Assembly (NCBI GenBank): GCA_046597375.1
Contig: JBKJKM010000174.1
Location: 15,677 to 79,676, forward strand
Origin: Acidimicrobiales bacterium
Lineage (GTDB): Bacteria > Actinomycetota > Acidimicrobiia > Acidimicrobiales > CADCTF01
Direction: 5' to 3'
Length of the DNA stretch: 64,000 bases
The notes below the pieces were generated by a model. It saw only the letters and a program-made list of their open reading frames with translations. It was not told the DNA's origin and did not search any database. The position numbers and the translations under genes are program-made. Position 1 is the stretch's first letter, and each line of letters starts with the position of its first letter. Below, one piece after another: positions 9,868-18,054 of this stretch.

Positions 9868-11082
9868 TTACCGGCAGTCGTGGGCATCGTGATCGTCGTG
9901 GCCGTCGTGGCCGTCGTGGCCGGCGCCGGCGGCGACGAGCGACAGGATGCGGCTGGCCGCTCGAGCCTCCTCGACGATGGCGGGGCGGCGATCGTGGAGG
10001 CGGAGCAATGCGATGGCGGCCGTCCGTTCGAGTCCTTCGCCGTGATGGGCGAGGAGGGCGGCGAACGGGTCGTCGGGTCCCTGTTCGCCCTCGGGGTCAG
10101 CGAGATCGTCGAGGGTGCTGCAGACCCGGATGGTGGCGGCCTCCAGGGTCCGGATGGCGTGGCCCCCGAGCAGCGCTTGCTCGACGAGGTCGGCGACGTC
10201 GGCGAGAAAGCCGGTCTCGCGAAGGAGCTCACCGCTCACGCGGCTGATCTCCGTGGTATCGAGCGGGCCGTTCCGCTCCTCCGGTTCGTGCAGCGAAATG
10301 TGTCCGATGTGATGGAGTCGAGCGGCCGTGGTGACGCGGTCGACCGTGACGGCGTCGAAGCCAAGCTCGTCCGCCAACGCCGCGGCGTACACGGCCGTCC
10401 GCTCGCCGTGGCCGAGCGGCGTTAAGCCCGCGACCTCCGGCAACAGGCTCAGCGCCCTCGTCGTCTGGGCGTAGGTGCGGCGGGCCTGGCTGAATCGCCC
10501 GAAGGAATACTTGGTCACGAGCAGCGGCACGGCAGCGATGAGCGAGAGCACGGGGCTCTGGCGGAAGGCAACGGCCAGGAGGGCGGCGGCGCAGAGGAGG
10601 GTGACGTAGAGCGGACCGACCTGGGCGAGGTGGCGCCGGCCGAGCGCGAGATCGACCAGCAGGAAGGCGGAGCCGGTGATGGCGACCTCGACGAGGATCT
10701 GGAGGTCTCCGCCGCCTTCGCCCACGACCGACTCCAGCCCAAGCTGGGCCACAGCCGCAGCCGCCGCTCCGCCGGCCACCACCACGAGACCCTGGCGCCC
10801 CGAACGTGCGGCCGCCACGACGACGATGGCCGCACCGGCCACGGCGAGGCCTTCGGCGGGGTGCATCAAAACGGCGACGGCGATCAGGATGGCGTGGCCC
10901 AGCGGCACGGCGCCGCCCCAGGGGAGGTCGACCTCGAGCAGCAACCCGGCGGCCACGACGAGGGCGGCTCCAGCCAGCGCCGCAAGTCGTTGTTGGCCGT
11001 CGACCTGGAGGGCGACCACAACGAGCGTCAGGATCGCGGCCGGGCCGGACCGCAGAACGAGCACCCCTCGGTGACCGGTCAC
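9868..11082 (-). CDS. Polytopic membrane protein with degenerate HD-GYP-like C-terminal domain and His/Asp-rich tail
   Basis: About 7 N-terminal hydrophobic helices are followed by GHGERTAVYAAALADELGF...ARLHHIGHISL, where HD-GYP proteins have HDIGK. There is no HHExxDGxGYP. The C-terminus is GHDGHDGHDDHDAHDCR. The start GTG overlaps the upstream stop (GTGA). Confidence 0.7.
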   Translation of the reverse strand: MTGHRGVLVLRSGPAAILTLVVVALQVDGQQRLAALAGAALVVAAGLLLEVDLPWGGAVPLGHAILIAVAVLMHPAEGLAVAGAAIVVVAAARSGRQGLVVVAGGAAAAAVAQLGLESVVGEGGGDLQILVEVAITGSAFLLVDLALGRRHLAQVGPLYVTLLCAAALLAVAFRQSPVLSLIAAVPLLVTKYSFGRFSQARRTYAQTTRALSLLPEVAGLTPLGHGERTAVYAAALADELGFDAVTVDRVTTAARLHHIGHISLHEPEERNGPLDTTEISRVSGELLRETGFLADVADLVEQALLGGHAIRTLEAATIRVCSTLDDLADPEGEQGPDDPFAALLAHHGEGLERTAAIALLRLHDRRPAIVEEARAASRILSLVAAGAGHDGHDGHDDHDAHDCR

Positions 11083-12443
11083 GCTTCGCCGGCCGACACC
11101 AGGGCCGGCGGCGACGCGACCGTCGGCGGCATCTGCATTCGGTCGCCGAGACCCGCCGACCCGACACCGGCCACGGGCGGGGCGACGTCGAACTCCACGG
11201 CGTCCTCCTCGTAGCCGAGGCCGTGCCGCTCGCCCCGTTCCTCGATGGCGGTGATCAAGGCGGTGACGCAGTCAGGGTGGAACTGGCTGCCCGACTTGGC
11301 TCGCAACTCGTCGAAGGCAACATCCATCGGCAGCGCCCGACGATAGGAGCGCGTCGACGTCATGGCGTCGAAGGCGTCGGCTACGGCCACGATGTAGGCC
11401 TCCAGGGGACGGTCGGCCGTGCCGCCGTACCCACCACCGTCGAAGCGTGCGTGGTGACCGGAGGCGGCGGCGGTCATCGGCTTCAGGAAGTCGACGAGTC
11501 CGAGGATGTCGATGCAGACGTGGGCGTGTCGCTGCACCCGCTCGAACTCGCCGTCGGTGAGCTTGCCCGGCTTGTTCAACAGGTGCTTCGGGACGGCCAG
11601 CTTGCCGATGTCATGCATCAGAGCGGACTGGCGGAGGTGTTCCAGGCGCTGATGGGAGAACCCGAGCTTCTCGCCCATGGCCAGGCTGTAGTTGCAAACC
11701 CGCTGGGTATGGCGTGCCGTATAGGTGTCCTTGGCCTCGATCGCCCGCAGGAAGACCCGGATCGTCGCCTCGTGGGCCTCGTTGAGCTCGAGGAACGAGG
11801 TGAACGTCTGCCGGGCGATCACGACGGGGGCCAGGAGCAGCAGCACGGCCAAGGGCCCGAGGTTGGCGTAGAGCTGGCCGACGAACGTGCCGAGGAGGCC
11901 GAAGGCGAGGTAGTTGGGCAGCGCCGGGTACATGTCGGCCCAGACCCGGCGGGCCGGCTGGCCATGGACGACCACGATGCCCGGCAGCACCAGGCTCACG
12001 TTCACGATGCCGAACACCAGGCCGGTGACGAGAACTCGCACGATCGCCGGCAGGCCTATGCCGGCCTGGTAGGCGCTGGCCGCCCCAACCGAGGACACCA
12101 GGTACTGGGTGCAGTTGGCCACGACGACAGAGAAACGACGTTGGCGGAGGTGGGTGAGGCTGACTCCGCTGCAGGCGCCGACGATGGCGGCGCCGATCAC
12201 GAGACCCCGTTCATCGAAGGCGGCGATCGCCGCCATCACCACCATGAAGCTCGGGCTCACATCGATCTTCGACGGGAGCAGGACGGCGCCGTGCTCAGCC
12301 CACAGGATGAGGGCGATGAAGAAGGCCAGGGTCAGGGGATGCGGCAACTCGTTGTCGAAAGCGCAGCCGACGATGGCAACGAGAAGGGCCGTGGCCGCCG
12401 ACGCGAGGGCCAGGCCGCGGGTGCGGCGTGAGGCGCTGGTCAT
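11079..12443 (-). CDS. Membrane-anchored HD-GYP domain phosphodiesterase
   Basis: YTARHTQRVCNYSLAMGEKLG...ALMHDIGKLAVP...GHHARFDGGGYGG is an HD-GYP signature following about 7 TM helices. The start is taken at ATG 12443 (MTSASRRTRG). An alternative in-frame ATG lies at 12542. Confidence 0.85.
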   Translation of the reverse strand: MTSASRRTRGLALASAATALLVAIVGCAFDNELPHPLTLAFFIALILWAEHGAVLLPSKIDVSPSFMVVMAAIAAFDERGLVIGAAIVGACSGVSLTHLRQRRFSVVVANCTQYLVSSVGAASAYQAGIGLPAIVRVLVTGLVFGIVNVSLVLPGIVVVHGQPARRVWADMYPALPNYLAFGLLGTFVGQLYANLGPLAVLLLLAPVVIARQTFTSFLELNEAHEATIRVFLRAIEAKDTYTARHTQRVCNYSLAMGEKLGFSHQRLEHLRQSALMHDIGKLAVPKHLLNKPGKLTDGEFERVQRHAHVCIDILGLVDFLKPMTAAASGHHARFDGGGYGGTADRPLEAYIVAVADAFDAMTSTRSYRRALPMDVAFDELRAKSGSQFHPDCVTALITAIEERGERHGLGYEEDAVEFDVAPPVAGVGSAGLGDRMQMPPTVASPPALVSAGEA

Positions 12444-12549
12444 CTCGTCCGACTGTCCCACCACATCTCCTGAATACGACGGTCCCCGCACCGTGACGAC
12501 TGGATCGAGAAAGAGGCGGCAGAAGCTCACCTGAGTGGTCATGATCGAT

Positions 12550-12642
12550 CTAGCCGATCTTGAAGCCGGCGCCGCCGGCCAGAAGCAGGCCGGCAAGGCT
12601 GGTTGCGATAGCAGCCACGCGGACAATGAGCTTCTTCTTCAT
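12550..12642 (-). CDS. Unannotated 30-codon ORF encoding a small hydrophobic peptide, first cistron of the c-di-GMP operon
   Basis: GGGGAGGTG lies 8 nt upstream of ATG (12640-12642). The peptide is MKKKLIVRVAAIATSLAGLLLAGGAGFKIG, with stop TAG at 12550-12552. Third positions are mostly G/C. It is too short for the ORF track. Confidence 0.45.
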   Translation of the reverse strand: MKKKLIVRVAAIATSLAGLLLAGGAGFKIG

Positions 12643-12948
12643 GTGTTGCACCTCCCCTCGAATGTCACTTGCCCCGTGTCCGCTAGGACGGGGTGCGATC
12701 CGCTCCGCTGGTGAGGCACGCAGGCATGAGCCCCTGCCGTCTCCCTCTCTCTCCAGTTGTCAAGGTGCTGTGATGCTCGGACTTCCCACTGGTCAGCCCG
12801 CGGACGAGGGTCCCTCGTCCCCCATGGATCGGCATCCGCGCCTCCCAACAAAAGGGGGAAGACGGAAGAAATCGGGCCGGAGCCGTTTCCGCCTCCACGG
12901 TAATGAACAACGTCAACGCCGTCAACATGTCCAACATCGTCCCCATGG

Positions 12949-13677
12949 GTGACATCCTCCGTTCGGCGCTGGTGCCCCGGTACGGTGGGCCTGGTGCAGA
13001 CAGCCAGCGGGGTCGACCTGGACGAACTCGAGCACGAGCTCTGTCGGATCGTCGAGGTGACTGCGGCGCGGATCGTCGCTGATGGCGACGGGCGCATCGC
13101 CGAGGTCCACATCCTCTCGTTGCCCCACAAGCACGCCAAGCAAGTGGTGCGCGACGTCCAGTCCGTGGCCATGGCCACCTTCGGGCTCGATCTCGACCGT
13201 CGAATCGTGTCCGTCGTCCAGCTCGATGCCGTTGCGTCGAGCTCGATCACCGGGCCGGACCTCGATGTCGACCTCGAAGGTGATCCGCCGAACACGCGCA
13301 TCCACGTCGACGGCGTGACCACCGACCGCAATGGGCTGCAGTGCACGGCGCGCGTCGTGCTCACCCAAGGCGATCAGCGAGCGACCGGGGCGGCCGAGGG
13401 CCTCGTCGCCACGAGTAGCGTCCTGCGCCTCGTCGCCCAGGCGACGATCGCCGCCCTCCGCCACCTCGAGCCGGCGGCGATCCGCTCGGACGTCGAGACC
13501 GCCAGCCTCATCCGGATCGGTGACCGGGCCGTGGCCGTGACGACGGTCGTCGTCGTGGTCCCGCCTTACGAAGAGGTCATCTCCGGCTCCGCCGTGGTCC
13601 GCTCCGCCGGCGAGTTCGATGCCATCGCCAGGTCGGTGCTCGACGCCACCAACCGGCGCCTCCCCAAGCTCCGCTGA
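12949..13677 (+). CDS. Hypothetical protein (paralog B of 8342..8923)
   Basis: The long ORF has G/C-rich third positions. It has the same two-part architecture as 8342..8923. The start is uncertain (GTG at 12949, 12985 or 12994). The stop TGA at 13675-13677 overlaps the probable CTG start of the next gene. Confidence 0.65.
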   Translation: MTSSVRRWCPGTVGLVQTASGVDLDELEHELCRIVEVTAARIVADGDGRIAEVHILSLPHKHAKQVVRDVQSVAMATFGLDLDRRIVSVVQLDAVASSSITGPDLDVDLEGDPPNTRIHVDGVTTDRNGLQCTARVVLTQGDQRATGAAEGLVATSSVLRLVAQATIAALRHLEPAAIRSDVETASLIRIGDRAVAVTTVVVVVPPYEEVISGSAVVRSAGEFDAIARSVLDATNRRLPKLR

Positions 13678-14624
13678 CCCGCACCGCCGCCGTCGTCTCG
13701 TACCGCCTCGGCGGCACCGACGGGGTGTCGGTCGAGGCGGCCAAGTGGACGGGGGCGCTCGAGGCGCTCGGTTTCGCGGTCCGCCCCGTTGCGATCTGGG
13801 CGGACGCCACCACGGCCATCGAGGAGGCCATCGACGGGGTGGAGGTGGTGGTGGTGGAGAACGTGCTCTCGCTGCCGCTCGATCCTTCGGCCGCACACCG
13901 GTTGGCGCAGGCGCTGCGGGGCCGCCCCGCCATCGTGCGCCACCACGACCTGCCGTGGCAGCGGCCGGCCTGGCCCGATGGCGTCGTGGCCGACGACCCG
14001 GCCTGGACCCACGTCGTTCTCAATTCGATCGCCGCCGCCGAGCTCTCGGCCCGCCAGGGCATCCGAGCCAAGGTTCTTCCCAACCGTTTTCCGCTCGACG
14101 GATGGCTCCCGGCGAGACCCCACGACGGGCGGGTGCTGCTCCACCCCGTGCGCGCCATCGCCCGCAAGGACGTGCCCACGGCCGTTGCTCTGGCGGAGCG
14201 CCTCGGGGCCACCTACTGGCTCACCGGACCGGCTGAGGACGGCTATGACGACGAGCTTCGTCGGATACTCCGCGGCGCCCGATGCCCGGTCCGCCACGAG
14301 GCCGCCGCATCCATCGCGACGGCCTACGCCGCCTGTGACGCCGTCGCCTTCTCCTCGACCCTCGAAGGCTTCGGCAACCCGGTGATCGAGGCCGCCCTCG
14401 CCCGTCGGCCCCTGGCCGTGCGCCCGTACCCGGTGCTGGTGGCCGACCTCGCGCCTCTGGGGTTCCGCTGGTTTGCGGCGGACGACGACGACCGACGACT
14501 GGCCCGCTTCCTCGACGATCCTGACGCCAGACTGCTCGACCACAACGAGGCCCTCGCCCAGGCCCATTTCGGCCTCGACCGCCTGCCGGGCGAGCTGTCC
14601 GCCGTGCTAGATCGGGTCCTGTGA
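13674..14624 (+). CDS. GT-B fold glycosyltransferase (GT4-like)
   Basis: The C-terminal half has AFSSTLEGFGNPVIEAAL (the E-x7-E region of GT4). The conserved first beta-strand and Gly-rich loop (AAVVSYRLGGTDGVSVEAAKW) lie upstream of the first canonical start (GTG 13725). The start is therefore placed at CTG 13674, within the CTGA overlap. Confidence 0.75.
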   Translation: MTRTAAVVSYRLGGTDGVSVEAAKWTGALEALGFAVRPVAIWADATTAIEEAIDGVEVVVVENVLSLPLDPSAAHRLAQALRGRPAIVRHHDLPWQRPAWPDGVVADDPAWTHVVLNSIAAAELSARQGIRAKVLPNRFPLDGWLPARPHDGRVLLHPVRAIARKDVPTAVALAERLGATYWLTGPAEDGYDDELRRILRGARCPVRHEAAASIATAYAACDAVAFSSTLEGFGNPVIEAALARRPLAVRPYPVLVADLAPLGFRWFAADDDDRRLARFLDDPDARLLDHNEALAQAHFGLDRLPGELSAVLDRVL

Positions 14625-14902
14625 ATGACGGGCGAGGGAGCGACACCGCGGGCGACCCGGTGCTGGTGCGGCGGGCGCAGCTCGAGCGGTTGGCCGTTCT
14701 CGGGCAACGGGTCGGCTACGTGTTCCTCCTCGTCGCCGTGGTCGCCTTCTTTTTGGGCCTAGCCGCGGGGTACGGCACCTGGGGTCGTGTCGTCATCGCC
14801 GCCATGGCCCTGTGCACCCTCACGCTGGCGCCGGCCATCGTCTTGGGCTACGCCGTCAAGGCGGCAGCCCGGGAAGACCGCCAGGCCGGGCGCCCCTCCT
14901 GA
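14621..14902 (+). CDS. Small membrane protein with two TM helices, hypothetical
   Basis: GTGA overlap with the glycosyltransferase stop. VGYVFLLVAVVAFFLGLAAGY and VVIAAMALCTLTLAPAIVLGYAV are the hydrophobic helices. Confidence 0.55.
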   Translation: MNDGRGSDTAGDPVLVRRAQLERLAVLGQRVGYVFLLVAVVAFFLGLAAGYGTWGRVVIAAMALCTLTLAPAIVLGYAVKAAAREDRQAGRPS

Positions 14903-15030
14903 AAGAACCCTCGGCCTGCCCAAACCCTGCGCCCGGCTGATCGAACGAGAGATAGGCGCGTCTGCGGTCGAATGTGGAACGATCGGACCGCTACTGACCG
15001 CTTCGGCATCGAACATCACAAGGGGAACGC

Positions 15031-16134
15031 ATGAGTAAGGCCGCCGTCCACGTCGGGCTCGACCAACCGCTGGAGATCCGCGACGACATCGAGGTCGCGG
15101 CGCCCAAGGCGGGTGAGCTGAAGGTTCGCATCGCCGCCTCCGGCGTCTGCCACTCCGATCTGTCCGTCCAGAACGGCACCATCCCGCTGCCGCCGCCGAT
15201 CGTGCTCGGCCACGAAGGCGCCGGCGTCGTCGAAGAGGTGGGCGAAGGCGTCGAGGGGTTCGAGGTGGGCGACCACGTCGTGTTGACCTTCGTGCCCGAG
15301 TGCGGCGAGTGCTTCTTCTGCCAGCGCGACCAGGGCTTCATGTGTGAAAAGTCCTCGATGCTCAACATGGGAGGCATGCTCGACGGCACCAAGCGCCTCT
15401 CGTCCGGTGGGTCGCCGCTGAGCCAGATGGCCGGTTGCGGCACCTTCTCCGAGGTCACCGTTTGCCCCGCCATCAGCGCCGTGAAGATCGACAAGGACGT
15501 ACCTCTGAAGATCGCCGCCCTTCTCGGCTGCGGTGTGCAGACCGGCGTCGGTGCGGCGATGAACACCGCCTCGATCCGCAAGGGCGACACCGTGGCCGTC
15601 ATCGGCTGCGGCGGCGTCGGCCTCAACGTGATCCAGGGTGCCCGCATCGCCGGCGCCGAGAAGATCATCGCCGTCGACATGATCGAGTCGAAGCTGCAGC
15701 TGGCCAAGGAGTTCGGCGCCACCGACTTCGTCAACGCCGGTGACGGCAACCCCGTCGCCGCCGTGCAGGCCCTCAGCGAGAATCGCGGCGTCGACGTGGC
15801 CTTCGAGGTCATCGGCCTCGGCCCGACCATCGAGCAGGCGATGCAGATGACCCGCGTCGGCGGCGAGACGATCCTCGTCGGCGTGCCCCGCATGGACGTC
15901 ATGCTCAACATCAACCCGGCGTTCAACTTCATCTACACGGCCAAGACGGTGAAGGGCTGCTGGTACGGCTCGTGCAACGTGCACCGGGAAGTGCCGAAGC
16001 TGATCGCCCTCTACAAGTCCGGAGAGCTCAAGCTCGACGAACTCATCTCACGCGAGATCAGCATCGACGACGTCAACTCCGCCTTCGACGCCATGAAGAC
16101 CGGCGAAGTCGCCCGAACGGTCATCGTCTACTGA
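15031..16134 (+). CDS. Zinc-dependent alcohol dehydrogenase (class III / NDMA-dependent ADH-like)
   Basis: GVCHSDL, GHEGAGVVEEVG, CGECFFCQ (structural Zn Cys cluster) and VIGCGGVGLNVIQG (Rossmann). AAGGGGA lies upstream of the ATG. Confidence 0.9.
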   Translation: MSKAAVHVGLDQPLEIRDDIEVAAPKAGELKVRIAASGVCHSDLSVQNGTIPLPPPIVLGHEGAGVVEEVGEGVEGFEVGDHVVLTFVPECGECFFCQRDQGFMCEKSSMLNMGGMLDGTKRLSSGGSPLSQMAGCGTFSEVTVCPAISAVKIDKDVPLKIAALLGCGVQTGVGAAMNTASIRKGDTVAVIGCGGVGLNVIQGARIAGAEKIIAVDMIESKLQLAKEFGATDFVNAGDGNPVAAVQALSENRGVDVAFEVIGLGPTIEQAMQMTRVGGETILVGVPRMDVMLNINPAFNFIYTAKTVKGCWYGSCNVHREVPKLIALYKSGELKLDELISREISIDDVNSAFDAMKTGEVARTVIVY

Positions 16135-16146
16135 AGTCGCATCTCG

Positions 16147-16193
16147 TTCTGTGAAGGTCTGTCCGTCTCTAGGACGGCAAGACCTTCACAGAA
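16147..16193. terminator. 47-nt inverted repeat downstream of the ADH gene
   Basis: TTCTGTGAAGGTCTGTCCGTC-TCTAG-GACGGCAAGACCTTCACAGAA forms 14 bp, a 2-nt internal mismatch and 5 bp. It starts 13 nt after the ADH stop and has no U-tract. Confidence 0.55.
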
Positions 16194-16454
16194 CGGCTCA
16201 GTACGTGCCGCCGATCCGGTAACGGACGCGCCTCGCCTTGGCGGCGAGAAGGGTCACGCCCGGCCGGAGGGCCGGCTCGGGGCGGAGCGGCTCGGGCGGA
16301 CGCCTCGCACTTCGGGGCGGTTCCTGCTTTGGCGGCCTGGTCACGAACAGGGTTTCGGCGTCGAGGCGCCCTGTCCTTCCTTGGCGCCCAAAACGGGCAG
16401 AGCAGACCATCCGGCCAGGTCGGTGCACGGCGGGTTGTTACCGTTTGGCTCCTC

Positions 16455-17057
16455 ATGGCCGAACCTGCCCCTGCGCCGCGCCTGCCGGCCGCCCGTCGTC
16501 GCCGCCAACTGCTCGACGTGGCCCTCGACCGCTTTGCCGCCAAGGGCTTCCACGCCACGTCGATGGAGGAGATCGCCGAAGCGGCCGGCGTAACCAAGCC
16601 CGTGCTCTATCAGCATTTCCGCTCCAAGCGGAAGCTCTACCTCGAGCTCCTCGACGACGTGGGCGGACAACTCATGGAGGCGATCGGGAAGGCCACGGCC
16701 GCGGCCGACACCCCCCGTCGGCAGGTCGAGTCGGGCATGGCCGCCTACGTCGCCTTCATGACCGACCGGCCCCAGGCCTTTCCCCTGCTCTTCGGAAGTG
16801 GCGCGCGCCGCGACCCGGAGTTCGCCGACGCCGTCCGCAGAGTCGAGCACGTCATCGCGGGTGCCGTCGCCGCGCTGATCGAGGCCGATGTCGACGACGA
16901 CCATCGACAGGTGCTGGCCGCCGCCATCGTCGGCATGGCCGAGGGAGTGCTGCGCCATTGGATCGCCGAGGCGCCCGACCTGACCCCGGACGCGCTCGTG
17001 GCCCAGCTCGCCGATCTGGCGTGGGCCGGACTCCGAGGCGTCCGCCGACGCGACTGA
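16455..17057 (+). CDS. TetR/AcrR family transcriptional regulator
   Basis: ATG 16455 is in frame in the 16329..17057 ORF. LLDVALDRFAAKGFHATSMEEIAEAAGVTKPVLYQHFRSK is a TetR HTH. Confidence 0.85.
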   Translation: MAEPAPAPRLPAARRRRQLLDVALDRFAAKGFHATSMEEIAEAAGVTKPVLYQHFRSKRKLYLELLDDVGGQLMEAIGKATAAADTPRRQVESGMAAYVAFMTDRPQAFPLLFGSGARRDPEFADAVRRVEHVIAGAVAALIEADVDDDHRQVLAAAIVGMAEGVLRHWIAEAPDLTPDALVAQLADLAWAGLRGVRRRD

Positions 17058-17061
17058 AACG

Positions 17062-18045
17062 TCAGAGCGGGCCGGGCTGCAGGCCGAGCAGCACCTGGCG
17101 GAACTCACCGGAGCCCTGCCCGCTGGAGATCGTGCCGCTCACCTCCACGTCGAGGCCGTGCCTCGGGGAGAAAAGTGCCACCGCCGTGGACTCACCGGAC
17201 GCGCCGGCGCCGGAGAGCTTCTCGACGCGCCGGATGGCCCAGACATCGATGACCTGGCCGTCGATGCGAACCCGCCGGAGGCCGATGACCTCGGCCCGTA
17301 CCGATCGCGAGAGCGGGATCGGTGTCGGCGCCACGCCGCTGACGGCGCAGCTGCTCTCGGACGACCAGCTCGCACCGGGCCGAAGCGGGAACTGCAGATC
17401 GACGACGTCGGGTTCCCAATCGCAGTCGCCTCTCGACTCGCCGAACGTGAACGTCGTGCGGAGCGTGCGGACACCGTCAGGTCGCCAGGCAACCTCACTC
17501 GTACTCGTGAGACGTCCGCCGGCGGTGGTGACGCTCAGGCGGACCTCGTCGCCACTGCGGCCCCGCTCCTCGACCCGCAACGTCGTGTCCTCTTCGCCAC
17601 GCTCGCCGGCGCCGGCGCCGGAGGTGCGATAGCGGTACACGCCCGATCTCGGCGGGCTGGCCGGGCCGGGGTCGACAGGCTCGCCGAGGTCCTCGAGCGG
17701 CGCCGTCGTCGGCGCCTCGGTGCCAGGCGCGGCCGCCGCACCCGGTGCGGCTGCGCCCGTCGGCGTCGTCGTCGCGTCGGCTCCGACCCCCGTGGTCGTC
17801 GGGGCCGCAACCGCGCCTCTCGAAACCGAGTCGTTCGGCTGCAGACCCTCAGCTCCTGGGATCGTCACCTCTTCGCCGTCGCCGGGCGAAGGGACGGATG
17901 TTGCGCCGAGCTGATCCGTGGCGACGACGCCCTCGGTCGGGCCCCGATCGTCGCCGACCACCGGCAGGGCGACGATCGCCACCATCGCCAGGATCGATGT
18001 CATGGCCCAGAGCAGGCGACGAAGCAGCTGATGATGGTGCGCCAT
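17062..18045 (-). CDS. Membrane-anchored/secreted hypothetical protein with Thr/Ala/Pro-rich linker
   Basis: The N-terminal TM/signal anchor is LLWAMTSILAMVAIVALPVV, followed by a low-complexity linker and a C-terminal globular region. No family is recognised. Confidence 0.55.
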   Translation of the reverse strand: MAHHHQLLRRLLWAMTSILAMVAIVALPVVGDDRGPTEGVVATDQLGATSVPSPGDGEEVTIPGAEGLQPNDSVSRGAVAAPTTTGVGADATTTPTGAAAPGAAAAPGTEAPTTAPLEDLGEPVDPGPASPPRSGVYRYRTSGAGAGERGEEDTTLRVEERGRSGDEVRLSVTTAGGRLTSTSEVAWRPDGVRTLRTTFTFGESRGDCDWEPDVVDLQFPLRPGASWSSESSCAVSGVAPTPIPLSRSVRAEVIGLRRVRIDGQVIDVWAIRRVEKLSGAGASGESTAVALFSPRHGLDVEVSGTISSGQGSGEFRQVLLGLQPGPL

Positions 18046-18054
18046 GGCGAGAGG

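Noticed and set aside
12643-12948. A roughly 300-bp divergent leader between the small ORF/HD-GYP operon and paralog B. I checked it for a c-di-GMP (GEMM) or ydaO/c-di-AMP riboswitch.
   Set aside because: Several short hairpins are present, for example around 12868-12895. I could not match the conserved cores of either riboswitch class from memory. A covariance-model scan (Rfam) would be needed, so no claim is made.
12903-13082. An alternative-frame ORF starting at ATG 12903 (MNNVNAVNMSNIVPMGDILRSALVPRYGG...) that overlaps the 5' end of paralog B. It could be a uORF or a sign of a frameshift.
   Set aside because: Its third-position G/C bias is good only up to about 13010 and then collapses, whereas the 12949 frame stays coding-like. 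There is no SD, and I cannot tell a true uORF from chance. It is left unannotated.
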